Assembly (NCBI GenBank): GCA_934438175.1
Contig: CAKSBH010000003.1
Span: 107,511-171,510, forward strand
Direction of reading: 5' to 3'
DNA length: 64,000 nt
Source of the DNA: an uncultured Eubacteriales bacterium
GTDB lineage: Bacteria; Bacillota; Clostridia; Oscillospirales; UBA644
The notes beneath the pieces were generated by a model that saw only the letters and a program-made list of their open reading frames with translations, was not told where the DNA came from and did no database searches. The translations under genes were made by a program, and so were the position numbers. The first letter of the stretch is position 1, and every line of letters begins with the position of its first letter. Positions 48,953 to 56,694 of this stretch are shown piece after piece.

Positions 48953-50563
48953 ATGAACACCGAAGAAATCGAGGAGGGTCTGATTGAAACAACCTATCTC
49001 TTCTGCTACAGGAAAATCGGCAATTCACAGGATGCCGAAGATGTCGCACAGGACATTCTGGTTGAGGCAATCAAGGCAATCCGCAGCGGCAAATCCTTTG
49101 TAAGCTTCTATTCCTGGTTTTGGGCAATGGCAAAAAACCGGGTGAACATGTTTTTCCGGATGAAGCGCTTTCATGCGGTTGAACTTGATCGGGTAGAAGA
49201 TGTTCTGGAATCGGAGGAATCCGTGGAAAACGAACTGCTCAAAAGCGAAGAGATCCGCAAACTCAATCATTCCGTATCACGGCTTTCTCACCTTCTCCGT
49301 CAGGTCGTCATTCTGCATTATGTAAGGGGAATGAAGATTCCCGACATCGCGCAGGCCCTCGGTGTTTCCGAAGGAACGGTCAAAACCAGACTTCACAACG
49401 CAAAAAAAGAAATAAGGACAGGTATGAACGAAATGAAAGACATCTTGGGAAGATCTTCTTATGCACCGGCATATCTCGAGCTCATGGGCAACGGCCATGC
49501 CCCCTATTATTGGAACGCAGTCAATGATCTGATGACAAAACAGATCTTTGTTGCCTGTGCGAACCAGGCAAAAACAGTACGGGAAATCGCAGACGAAATC
49601 GGGGTTGCCCCGGTATATTTTGAGGAAAAACTGAATTATCTGCTGCAGAACCGGTTTATCAAGGAAACTTCCAAAGGCAGATATCTGACGGATTTCCTGA
49701 TTTATCCCCACCAGGTATGGGTGGATTTTCGGGCAAAACAGGACGAAATCTTCGATTCGCTCGGAGCGGAAGTCACGGAGATTATCCGGGAATGCGAACA
49801 GGAAATCCGGTCCCTTGGATTTTACGGAAACGATCTTCCGTCCGGCACCCTTCTGTGGCTTCTGTATTATTTCGCCGCCGTTGCCATGCAGGATAAACTG
49901 CTTGCGCTCGGCGCGGCGGAATGGGAAGGAAAGGTTCCCGCCGACAACGGTAAGGATTACCGCTTTTTCGGCTGGGTGGGATATCCGAACGAACAGATTA
50001 CGGAAACCGGCAAGAACAACCGTGTCTCCTGGAGCAATCTGCATGTGCATTTCAAAACATCGGGCTACCATGATGTTTGCCATGCCAATCTTTTTCAGCA
50101 TTCCCCGTTTCCCAATCGGGATTCCATTCTCAACGAAACAAACGCAGATCTGTTTATGCGCATTTTTGACAATCCGTTTCTTACGTTTACCCCCAACGAG
50201 GAGGAATCCGTTGCCATTCTGATTCAGCACGGATACCTGAGTAAAAGGAACGGCGGGATCTATCCGACCATGCCGATCATGACCTACGAACAGAAACAAC
50301 AGATCTGCGAGATTCTGGGAAAAGCGACCGGGCCGCTTTGCGCAAAATATTGGCAACTCATCTGCGATGCAGCCCAAACCATCGTTCTTCCGGTTGTCCG
50401 CAAGGATTTGCTGGAAGAATATGCGCACGGTGCACTTTCGCTCGCATTCTGGACGCTTCCTTATACGTTTTATTACGGAATGAACGCCGAAGAAAAGCCG
50501 CTTGACCTTCCGGAAAACGATGCGGCAACCTCAAAGGCAATCTGTATTTATATCAAAAAATAA
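48953..50563 (+). CDS. sigma-70 family (ECF-like) RNA polymerase sigma factor with a ~370-aa C-terminal extension
   Basis: Start moved to MNTEEIEEG (SD GGAAGGAG). Region 2 (DAEDVAQDILVEAIKA) and region 4 HTH (IPDIAQALGVSEGTVKTRLHNAKKEI), then a long non-sigma domain containing a second HTH-like segment (TVREIADEIGVAP). Confidence 0.8.
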   Translation: MNTEEIEEGLIETTYLFCYRKIGNSQDAEDVAQDILVEAIKAIRSGKSFVSFYSWFWAMAKNRVNMFFRMKRFHAVELDRVEDVLESEESVENELLKSEEIRKLNHSVSRLSHLLRQVVILHYVRGMKIPDIAQALGVSEGTVKTRLHNAKKEIRTGMNEMKDILGRSSYAPAYLELMGNGHAPYYWNAVNDLMTKQIFVACANQAKTVREIADEIGVAPVYFEEKLNYLLQNRFIKETSKGRYLTDFLIYPHQVWVDFRAKQDEIFDSLGAEVTEIIRECEQEIRSLGFYGNDLPSGTLLWLLYYFAAVAMQDKLLALGAAEWEGKVPADNGKDYRFFGWVGYPNEQITETGKNNRVSWSNLHVHFKTSGYHDVCHANLFQHSPFPNRDSILNETNADLFMRIFDNPFLTFTPNEEESVAILIQHGYLSKRNGGIYPTMPIMTYEQKQQICEILGKATGPLCAKYWQLICDAAQTIVLPVVRKDLLEEYAHGALSLAFWTLPYTFYYGMNAEEKPLDLPENDAATSKAICIYIKK

Positions 50564-50650
50564 ATATCTATACAATTTTTATTTGAATGAAAATCTTTGT
50601 GGTTTTCCTTCTTTCCAATCTTTGTTTTTTCTATTTAAAGAACCATTACT

Positions 50651-50893
50651 TCACTTTTTGATAGCAGTGAAAAGCATGTTTTCTTCGTTGTTGTAACCTA
50701 CGTCATCAAAACCAATTTCCTCAACATCTTTTTTCAAGGCAACATATTTTGGTTTACCTTCTGGCTCGCAAATAAGGACAGAATCCTGATCAAATTCTTC
50801 ACCTAATTTTTTAATATAATTACTAAATTCATTAAAATCAAGCGCTTCATTTCTATTGATATTGTAAGGATAAACAACAAATGATTTTTCCAT
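50651..50893 (-). CDS. hypothetical small acidic protein (80 aa), low-GC gene
   Basis: Clean ORF in very AT-rich DNA. No motif recognised. Confidence 0.5.
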   Translation of the reverse strand: MEKSFVVYPYNINRNEALDFNEFSNYIKKLGEEFDQDSVLICEPEGKPKYVALKKDVEEIGFDDVGYNNEENMLFTAIKK

Positions 50894-50915
50894 TGATGCT
50901 TTGTCTTATGATACT

Positions 50916-51023
50916 TCAAAAAACGGAATCGTTAAAATCCTCGTACGCCGTGAACTTTGTGTCACCCTCATGGAATGCCGCAAAGATTTCCAGCGTTTTC
51001 TGTGCCGTCTGATAGGGAAAAAT
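50916..51023 (-). pseudogene. possible orphan C-terminal gene remnant (FFPIRRHRKTLEIFAAFHEGDTKFTAYEDFNDSVF*)
   Basis: 35 sense codons ending in TGA, with no start codon. The segment has host-like GC and is sandwiched between two low-GC genes. Confidence 0.2.
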
Positions 51024-51034
51024 CATTATGGGAT

Positions 51035-51370
51035 CTATTCCTGATTTTTTTCCGGATTTAATTGTGTCGGACTTGCCTGAGGAATAGTATTACAATCCTT
51101 CTTGTCGTTCGAAATCCTTGTGATAAAAAAGCAAATTAATGCGATGCCAAATACTAACAAGAAAGCAAAAAGCCCTGTCCGAACTATGTCCGCCAAATCC
51201 TGCGTATTGTTTGCAGTTTGAGCGGCAGCATTTTGAATTCCAGTATAAGCATCTCCACCGTATTCACTGTACCATTCATATAATCCAATGCTCATACCTT
51301 TAACCACAAACGAGAAAATAATCGAAATCACGCCACTAATGATTCCACCAATGTTTCCAAGAACTTTCAT
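51035..51370 (-). CDS. hypothetical small membrane protein (111 aa, 2 TM), low-GC gene
   Basis: Start at MKVLGNIGG (SD GGAGG). Hydrophobic-loop-hydrophobic topology with a YGGDAYTGIQNAAAQ loop. Confidence 0.6.
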   Translation of the reverse strand: MKVLGNIGGIISGVISIIFSFVVKGMSIGLYEWYSEYGGDAYTGIQNAAAQTANNTQDLADIVRTGLFAFLLVFGIALICFFITRISNDKKDCNTIPQASPTQLNPEKNQE

Positions 51371-51403
51371 AACAAAACCTCCAAATATTATCATTTTAGT
51401 TAT

Positions 51404-51433
51404 ATTATACTACACCTCCTCGAAATGTGTCAA
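51404..51433 (-). promoter_or_regulatory. promoter of the small membrane-protein gene
   Basis: Minus strand TTGACA-18 nt-TATAAT (perfect hexamers). Confidence 0.7.
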
Positions 51434-51466
51434 GTTTGTTACATAATCGACTTTCACAATCTACAA

Positions 51467-51494
51467 TTACAATTAGATTCTGTCGTGCTATAAT
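51467..51494 (+). promoter_or_regulatory. orphan plus-strand promoter facing the hairpin/terminator module
   Basis: TTACAA-16 nt-(TGc)TATAAT extended -10. No CDS downstream. Confidence 0.4.
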
Positions 51495-51510
51495 AGATGT
51501 GAGAGTAAAA

Positions 51511-51554
51511 CAAAAAAGTCAGTTTTCAGAGTGCATTTCACTCTGAAAACTGAC
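51511..51554 (-). terminator. strong intrinsic terminator (minus strand)
   Basis: Perfect 16-bp stem GTCAGTTTTCAGAGTG / CACTCTGAAAACTGAC with a 5-nt loop. On the minus strand it is followed by TTTTTTG. Confidence 0.75.
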
Positions 51555-51603
51555 CTGAGACAGAACTCGCCAACCCGATTCCGCATGGAAGGGGAAAACA
51601 GCA
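51511..51603 (-). ncRNA. candidate ~90-nt sRNA (promoter TTGCAA-17-AAAAAT at 51638-51610, C/U-rich 5' segment, 16-bp terminator)
   Basis: Promoter-like hexamers with TGn, then UUUUCCCCUUCC (anti-SD-like), then the terminator at 51554-51511. Orientation is uncertain because of the convergent plus-strand promoter. Confidence 0.25.
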
Positions 51604-51636
51604 TTTGGCATTTTTTCACAAAACATGTTTGATTGC

Positions 51637-51676
51637 AAAAAAGTCCAGAAACCGCAATGGTTTCTGGACTTTTTTG
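51637..51676. terminator. bidirectional intrinsic terminator downstream of tRNA-Cys
   Basis: A6-GTCCAGAAACC-loop-GGTTTCTGGAC-T6. Confidence 0.8.
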
Positions 51677-51704
51677 CCCCGACCTCTTTTAAGACCAGAA
51701 CTTT

Positions 51705-51778
51705 TGGAGGCGCCACCCGGAATCGGACCGGGGATGAAGGTTTTGCAGACCTCTGCCTTACCGCTTGGCTATGGCGCC
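51705..51778 (-). tRNA. tRNA-Cys (GCA) with an atypical T-loop
   Basis: GGCGCCATAGCCAAGCGGTAAGGCAGAGGTCTGCAAAACCTTCATCCCCGGTCCGATTCCGGGTGGCGCCTCCA. The cloverleaf folds, with discriminator U73 and encoded CCA. The T-loop is TCCGATT instead of TTCGA/TTCAA. Confidence 0.8.
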
Positions 51779-51812
51779 TTATGTCGCACATACAAAAGTA
51801 TATGCTTTATAT

Positions 51813-51848
51813 ATAAAAAAAATGAACGCAGGGTTCATTCTTTTTTTT
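51813..51848. terminator. weak A/T-rich hairpin with flanking A8/T8 between tRNA-Gly and tRNA-Cys
   Basis: AATGAAC-GCAGG-GTTCATT (7 bp). Confidence 0.4.
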
Positions 51849-51851
51849 AAG

Positions 51852-51927
51852 TGGAGCGGTATACGGGGCTCGAACCCGCTACCTCAACCTTGGCAAGGTT
51901 GCGCTCTACCAGATGAGCTAATACCGC
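51852..51927 (-). tRNA. tRNA-Gly (GCC)
   Basis: Cloverleaf with anticodon loop TTGCCAA, T-loop GGTTCGAGC and encoded CCA. Confidence 0.9.
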
Positions 51928-51933
51928 ATAAAA

Positions 51934-52009
51934 TGGTGCCTCCGGTCGGAATCGAACCAACGACACGGGGATTTTCAGTCCCCTGCTCTACCAACTGAGC
52001 TACAGAGGC
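51934..52009 (-). tRNA. tRNA-Phe (GAA)
   Basis: GCCTCTGTAGCTCAGTTGGTAGAGC..., anticodon loop CTGAAAA, encoded CCA. Confidence 0.93.
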
Positions 52010-52015
52010 AAAAAA

Positions 52016-52093
52016 TGGCGACTCGGATGGGGTTCGAACCCACGACCTCCGCCGTGACAGGGCGGCGTTCTAAACCAGCTGAACTACCGAGCC
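52016..52093 (-). tRNA. tRNA-Asp (GTC)
   Basis: GGCTCGGTAGTTCAGCTGG..., anticodon loop CTGTCAC, encoded CCA. Confidence 0.93.
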
Positions 52094-52143
52094 ATATTCT
52101 CTGAAAGCTTGTGGTCAAGCACATTTCATTCTGCCGGGCAAAT

Positions 52144-52219
52144 TGGTGGGAGTTACAGGACTCGAACCTGTGACCCTCTGCTTGTAAGGCAGATGCTCTC
52201 CCAGCTGAGCTAAACTCCC
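52144..52219 (-). tRNA. tRNA-Val (TAC)
   Basis: GGGAGTTTAGCTCAGCTGGGAGAGC..., anticodon loop CTTACAA, encoded CCA. Confidence 0.93.
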
Positions 52220-52276
52220 GTTCCGTAGGATTGCATTCCGTCGGGTCTCATGTTCGCCACTTGCGTCGGCTTGTAT

Positions 52277-52305
52277 ATGATACCACAAAAGCTCTCGTTT
52301 GTCAA
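52277..52305 (-). promoter_or_regulatory. promoter of the tRNA operon
   Basis: Minus strand TTGACA-17 nt-TATCAT, about 55 nt upstream of tRNA-Val. Confidence 0.7.
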
Positions 52306-52455
52306 CACTTTTTTTTTGATTTCCGGAAAAAAATTTCAGGCACCGATTTTCCCGGTTTTCCCTGCAGCTTTTTGCTTTTCCTCAAGCAGCCCCTTGATGT
52401 TTTTACGGAACTGTGTTATACTTTTGCAAAGGAAAAAGCAAGCGGAGGAGATTTT

Positions 52456-53190
52456 ATGGCAGAAGTTCTTTTGGAAGGTGCCATCTCGGTAAAGGCCGCC
52501 CTGGAGGGCGGTTCGCGGACCGTTCTGGAAATTGGTGTGGATCAAAAAAAACGAAGCCGGGATTTCGGCTATATTCTGAATCTCGCTCACCGCAAAAACG
52601 TGCCTGTCACACCGATGTCGAAAGAAGAAATCGACCGTGTCTGCCCGGACGGATCCAGCGGCGGCATTTTTGCCCGTGCCGGAGCAAGAACGTATCTTGA
52701 ACCGTCGGAGCTTCTTCAGGTCCCGCAACCGTTCATCGTTTTGCTGGAAGGCATCGAAGACCCCTTCAACTACGGCTATGCGGTGCGTTCGGCATATGCG
52801 GCAGGCGCCACAGGGCTTCTCATTCCGCCCCGAACCTGGGAAAACGCAGAAGGAACCGTCATCCGCTCTTCGGCAGGAGCCAGCGAAAAAATTCCAACGG
52901 CAACGGCAAAGGATTTTGCCCCGTTTCTGGAAGAAGCTCACACACGGAATGTCCGCATTCTCGCGGCAGACCGTCGGGATGCCGTTCCCCTTTACGGCAC
53001 AGACCTGACCGGTCCCATCCTCCTTGCCATCGGCGGACGGCTGCGGGGGCTCTCCCGTTCGGTATACGACCGGGCGGATCAGCGGGTGTATATTCCCTAC
53101 GGAAACGATTTCCGCAACGCGCTCACGGCATCCGGCGCCTGCGCGGTCATGGCGTTTGAGGCACTGCGTCAGCGCATGGAAAAAGAATAA
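52456..53190 (+). CDS. TrmH/SpoU-family RNA 2'-O-methyltransferase (RlmB-like)
   Basis: Start moved to MAEVLLEGAISV (SD GGAGGAG). SpoU motifs LLEGIEDPFNYGYAVRSA and IGGRLRGLS. Confidence 0.85.
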   Translation: MAEVLLEGAISVKAALEGGSRTVLEIGVDQKKRSRDFGYILNLAHRKNVPVTPMSKEEIDRVCPDGSSGGIFARAGARTYLEPSELLQVPQPFIVLLEGIEDPFNYGYAVRSAYAAGATGLLIPPRTWENAEGTVIRSSAGASEKIPTATAKDFAPFLEEAHTRNVRILAADRRDAVPLYGTDLTGPILLAIGGRLRGLSRSVYDRADQRVYIPYGNDFRNALTASGACAVMAFEALRQRMEKE

Positions 53191-53226
53191 CAAAAAAAAT
53201 GCCGGTCGCTTGACCGGCATTTCCGC
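53191..53226. terminator. bidirectional intrinsic terminator (trmH-like / secG convergent pair)
   Basis: A8-ATGCCGGTC-GCTT-GACCGGCAT-TT. Confidence 0.7.
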
Positions 53227-53236
53227 TTTTTATTGC

Positions 53237-53482
53237 TTACGCTTTCAGAACAAAAAGGTTGACCAGAACAACCAGCACGACAAATACGACGGAGGTTACA
53301 ATGGTAACGGTCTTCAGAACGTCATCCCGGCTTCCTTTGCGGTTCTTGGCAGCATATCCGCCTGCCTGCCCCGTCACGGCACTGGACATTCCGTCTCCCC
53401 GGTTCGTCTGCATGGTAATGACGGTTGTCAGGATTGCGCAGACAACCAAAAGAGCAATCGCCAAAGCAAGTTCCATACCCAC
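53237..53482 (-). CDS. secG: preprotein translocase subunit SecG
   Basis: About 80 aa, two TM separated by a G-rich loop (SSAVTGQAGG). Confidence 0.85.
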   Translation of the reverse strand: MGMELALAIALLVVCAILTTVITMQTNRGDGMSSAVTGQAGGYAAKNRKGSRDDVLKTVTIVTSVVFVVLVVLVNLFVLKA

Positions 53483-53510
53483 ACCTCCTACTGTTGTTGA
53501 AATTGCTTTG

Positions 53511-54368
53511 TTATTTTACCATATTTTTTTTGGAATTGCAAGAGGTTTTTGAAAATTCAATCTCTTTTTTCAAAAGAATTTGTCCGATCTCCGCCGGAAT
53601 GAATCGGATAGGAAAACCCGCATAGCCCAATCCCTGCGAAACGAACAGCACGGAATTCCCCTTCCGGTACAGCCCGCGCGAATACTTCGGAAAGAAGCGT
53701 CCGCCTCCGATCCACGCCCGCAAGCCAAGCCCCTCGCCCGGCGCAAAGACCGGACCAATCCACGGCAAACGGATAAAACCGCCATGAATATGACCGGAGA
53801 CCATCAGATCCGGCAAGGGAAGCAGCCGATCAAAGACATCCGGGGAATGGGTAAGGTACAGACAGAATCCGTCCGTTCTCGGCAGATCGCTCCCCCCCCA
53901 TCCGTTTCCCACCAGGGTCACATTTTCTTTCCCTCTATATAAAGAAACCGCATGTCCATCCAGCAGAACCGCGCCGGTCCTGCGGATGCGCTCCCGGTAT
54001 TGCCGTCCTTCCGCCGACCCATCGGCAGGATCGTGATTGCCCGAAACCAGATACGTGGGAGCAATGTCGGCAAGCAAACGCAGAAGGACGAAACAATCCT
54101 TTCGCCTGCAGCCCTTGTTGTGCCAGTCTCCGGCAAGCAGAATCACATCCGGATGAAGATCTGCCACTTTCGCCACAAGATCCCGGTATCCATGCGAAAA
54201 AACACGGTCGTGAAGATCCGACAGAACCACGAGGTTCCACCCGTCAAACGCGTCGGGTAAGAAGGGCGACGAAACAACTTCCCGCCGAACCCGCACGCCA
54301 CGGGCTCTCCATACAAAAATCACACAAACCAGAATCACTGCACCCAGAATTCCGAAAAACACCGGCAT
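53511..54368 (-). CDS. membrane-anchored metallophosphoesterase (YkuE/calcineurin-like)
   Basis: N-terminal TM. Motifs LSDLHD, GDWHN, GNHD, GHIHGG. Confidence 0.85.
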   Translation of the reverse strand: MPVFFGILGAVILVCVIFVWRARGVRVRREVVSSPFLPDAFDGWNLVVLSDLHDRVFSHGYRDLVAKVADLHPDVILLAGDWHNKGCRRKDCFVLLRLLADIAPTYLVSGNHDPADGSAEGRQYRERIRRTGAVLLDGHAVSLYRGKENVTLVGNGWGGSDLPRTDGFCLYLTHSPDVFDRLLPLPDLMVSGHIHGGFIRLPWIGPVFAPGEGLGLRAWIGGGRFFPKYSRGLYRKGNSVLFVSQGLGYAGFPIRFIPAEIGQILLKKEIEFSKTSCNSKKNMVK

Positions 54369-54456
54369 TTCTGCTCACCTCTCTTGTTTTTCAGTATAAC
54401 ATATCGTGCAAAAAAACGCAAGAAAAAATTTTTCGCCGGAATTTTCGGTTTCCCCC

Positions 54457-54485
54457 TTTACAAAACCAACAAAACGTGTTATAAT
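54457..54485 (+). promoter_or_regulatory. pyrR-pyrP promoter
   Basis: TTTACA-17 nt-TATAAT with TG upstream. Confidence 0.7.
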
Positions 54486-54511
54486 ACTCTGCAGAAACAA
54501 ACACATCTTGA

Positions 54512-55180
<669 letters not shown>

Positions 55181-55229
55181 TTCAGGATATAAAAAAATAT
55201 CAAATATAATATTTTTCGGAGGTTTTCTT

Positions 55230-56579
55230 ATGAAACTGGTTTACAACGTGCAGGACAAACCGAGATTCGGTCAGACGCTTGTGTTTGCCCTCCAGCAACT
55301 CCTCGCCATTCTGGCGGCGACGATCGCCGTTCCGGCCATCATCGGCAACGGAATGTCCCAGTCCGCAGCTCTGTTCGGTGCCGGTGCGGGCACACTGGTC
55401 TACCTTCTGTTCACCAAATTCCGCAGTCCGGCCTTTCTCGGCTCTTCGTTCGCATTTCTCGGATCCATGGCAGCTGCCTTCGCCGGAGCCCTTACCACGG
55501 CGGATAAAAATAAGGGCTTTGCCGGTCTGATCATCGGCGCAGCCATGGCAGGTCTTGTCTACGTCGTCATCGCCCTGGTAGTCAAATTCGCCGGAGTCAA
55601 ATGGATCTCCAAACTCATGCCCCCGGTCGTCATCGGGCCGACGGTTGCCATCATCGGACTTTCTCTTGCCGGCAACGCCATCGGAGACCTGACCAAAGGC
55701 AGCGTTCTGGATGCCGCTCAGAATCCGGTTGCCAACCCGTATCTCGCGCTGATCTGCGGACTTGTCACCCTGTTTGTGGTCATCATCTGCTCGGTCTTCG
55801 GAAAGAAAATGGCAAAGCTGATTCCGTTCATCATCGGCATCGTTGCCGGCTATGCGGTTGCAGCAATCTTTACGGTCATCGGCATCGCCACCAACAATCC
55901 GGCGCTTCAGATTATCAATTTCGCTGCCTTCCAGAATATGCAGTGGATCCCGGATTTCACCTTCCTCAAAGCCATTGACGGTTTCAAATATGTAGACGCC
56001 CCCTACATCGCATCGCTTGCGGTCGCCTACATCCCGGTTGCCTTTGTGGTCTTTGCCGAACATATTGCCGACCACAAAAACCTCTCCTCCATCATCGAGA
56101 AGAATCTTCTGGAAGATCCGGGACTTCATCGCACGCTTCTCGGCGACGGTGTGGGCTCCATTGCCGGCGCCATCTTCGGCGGCTGCCCCAACACGACATA
56201 CGGAGAGTCCGTCGGTTGCGTCGCCATCACCGGAAACGCTTCCGTCGTAACCATCCTTGCTACGGCAATTCTCGCCATGGTTGCCTCGTTTTTCGCCCCG
56301 TTCGTCACCTTCCTGTCCACCATTCCCTCCTGCGTCATGGGCGGCGTGTGCATGACGCTCTACGGGTTCATCGCCGTATCCGGTCTGAAGATGATTCAGG
56401 ATGTTGATCTCGGTCAGAACAAAAACCTCTTCGTCGTCGCAGTCATTCTGATTGCCGGTGTCGGCGGTCTGCAGCTGACCTTCGGCGGAATCACGATTAC
56501 CTCCATCGCGTGCTCTCTGATTCTCGGCATCCTCGTCAACGCGGTGCTCTCCCTCAAAAAAGACAAAACCAATTGCTGA
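55230..56579 (+). CDS. pyrP: uracil permease (NCS2 family)
   Basis: 449 aa, about 14 TM. NCS2 motifs (QQLLAILAATIAVP, GESVG). Follows pyrR. Confidence 0.88.
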   Translation: MKLVYNVQDKPRFGQTLVFALQQLLAILAATIAVPAIIGNGMSQSAALFGAGAGTLVYLLFTKFRSPAFLGSSFAFLGSMAAAFAGALTTADKNKGFAGLIIGAAMAGLVYVVIALVVKFAGVKWISKLMPPVVIGPTVAIIGLSLAGNAIGDLTKGSVLDAAQNPVANPYLALICGLVTLFVVIICSVFGKKMAKLIPFIIGIVAGYAVAAIFTVIGIATNNPALQIINFAAFQNMQWIPDFTFLKAIDGFKYVDAPYIASLAVAYIPVAFVVFAEHIADHKNLSSIIEKNLLEDPGLHRTLLGDGVGSIAGAIFGGCPNTTYGESVGCVAITGNASVVTILATAILAMVASFFAPFVTFLSTIPSCVMGGVCMTLYGFIAVSGLKMIQDVDLGQNKNLFVVAVILIAGVGGLQLTFGGITITSIACSLILGILVNAVLSLKKDKTNC

Positions 56580-56597
56580 AAACTTCCGAAAGTTTGC

Positions 56598-56626
56598 TGC
56601 GGGGTCTTCGGACCCCGCACTTTTTT
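56598..56626 (+). terminator. intrinsic terminator after pyrP
   Basis: TGCGGGGTC-TTCG-GACCCCGCA followed by T6. Confidence 0.85.
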
Positions 56627-56637
56627 CTCTCCCGGCA

Positions 56638-56666
56638 TTGATTTTACAGAAGGTTTATAGTATAAT
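56638..56666 (+). promoter_or_regulatory. promoter of tmcAL
   Basis: TTGATT-17 nt-TATAAT. This excludes the track's ATG at 56638 as a start. Confidence 0.6.
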
Positions 56667-56694
56667 GATAAAAAACGGAAGGGAGGGCAAAACC

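Noticed and set aside
50560-51780. Search for an integrative-element signature: an integrase, and a direct repeat of the tRNA-Cys 3' end marking attL/attR around the low-GC islet.
   Set aside because: No integrase or recombinase ORF is present. I could not find a repeat of the tRNA-Cys 3' segment (CCGGAATCGGACC...) at the distal border. The islet is therefore reported only as compositionally foreign, not as a mobile element.
51519-51850. Track ORFs 51519-51791 (-), 51605-51850 (+) and 51765-51998 (+).
   Set aside because: They run through tRNA genes and terminator hairpins. Their sequences are explained by the tRNA-Cys, Gly and Phe genes and intergenic signals.
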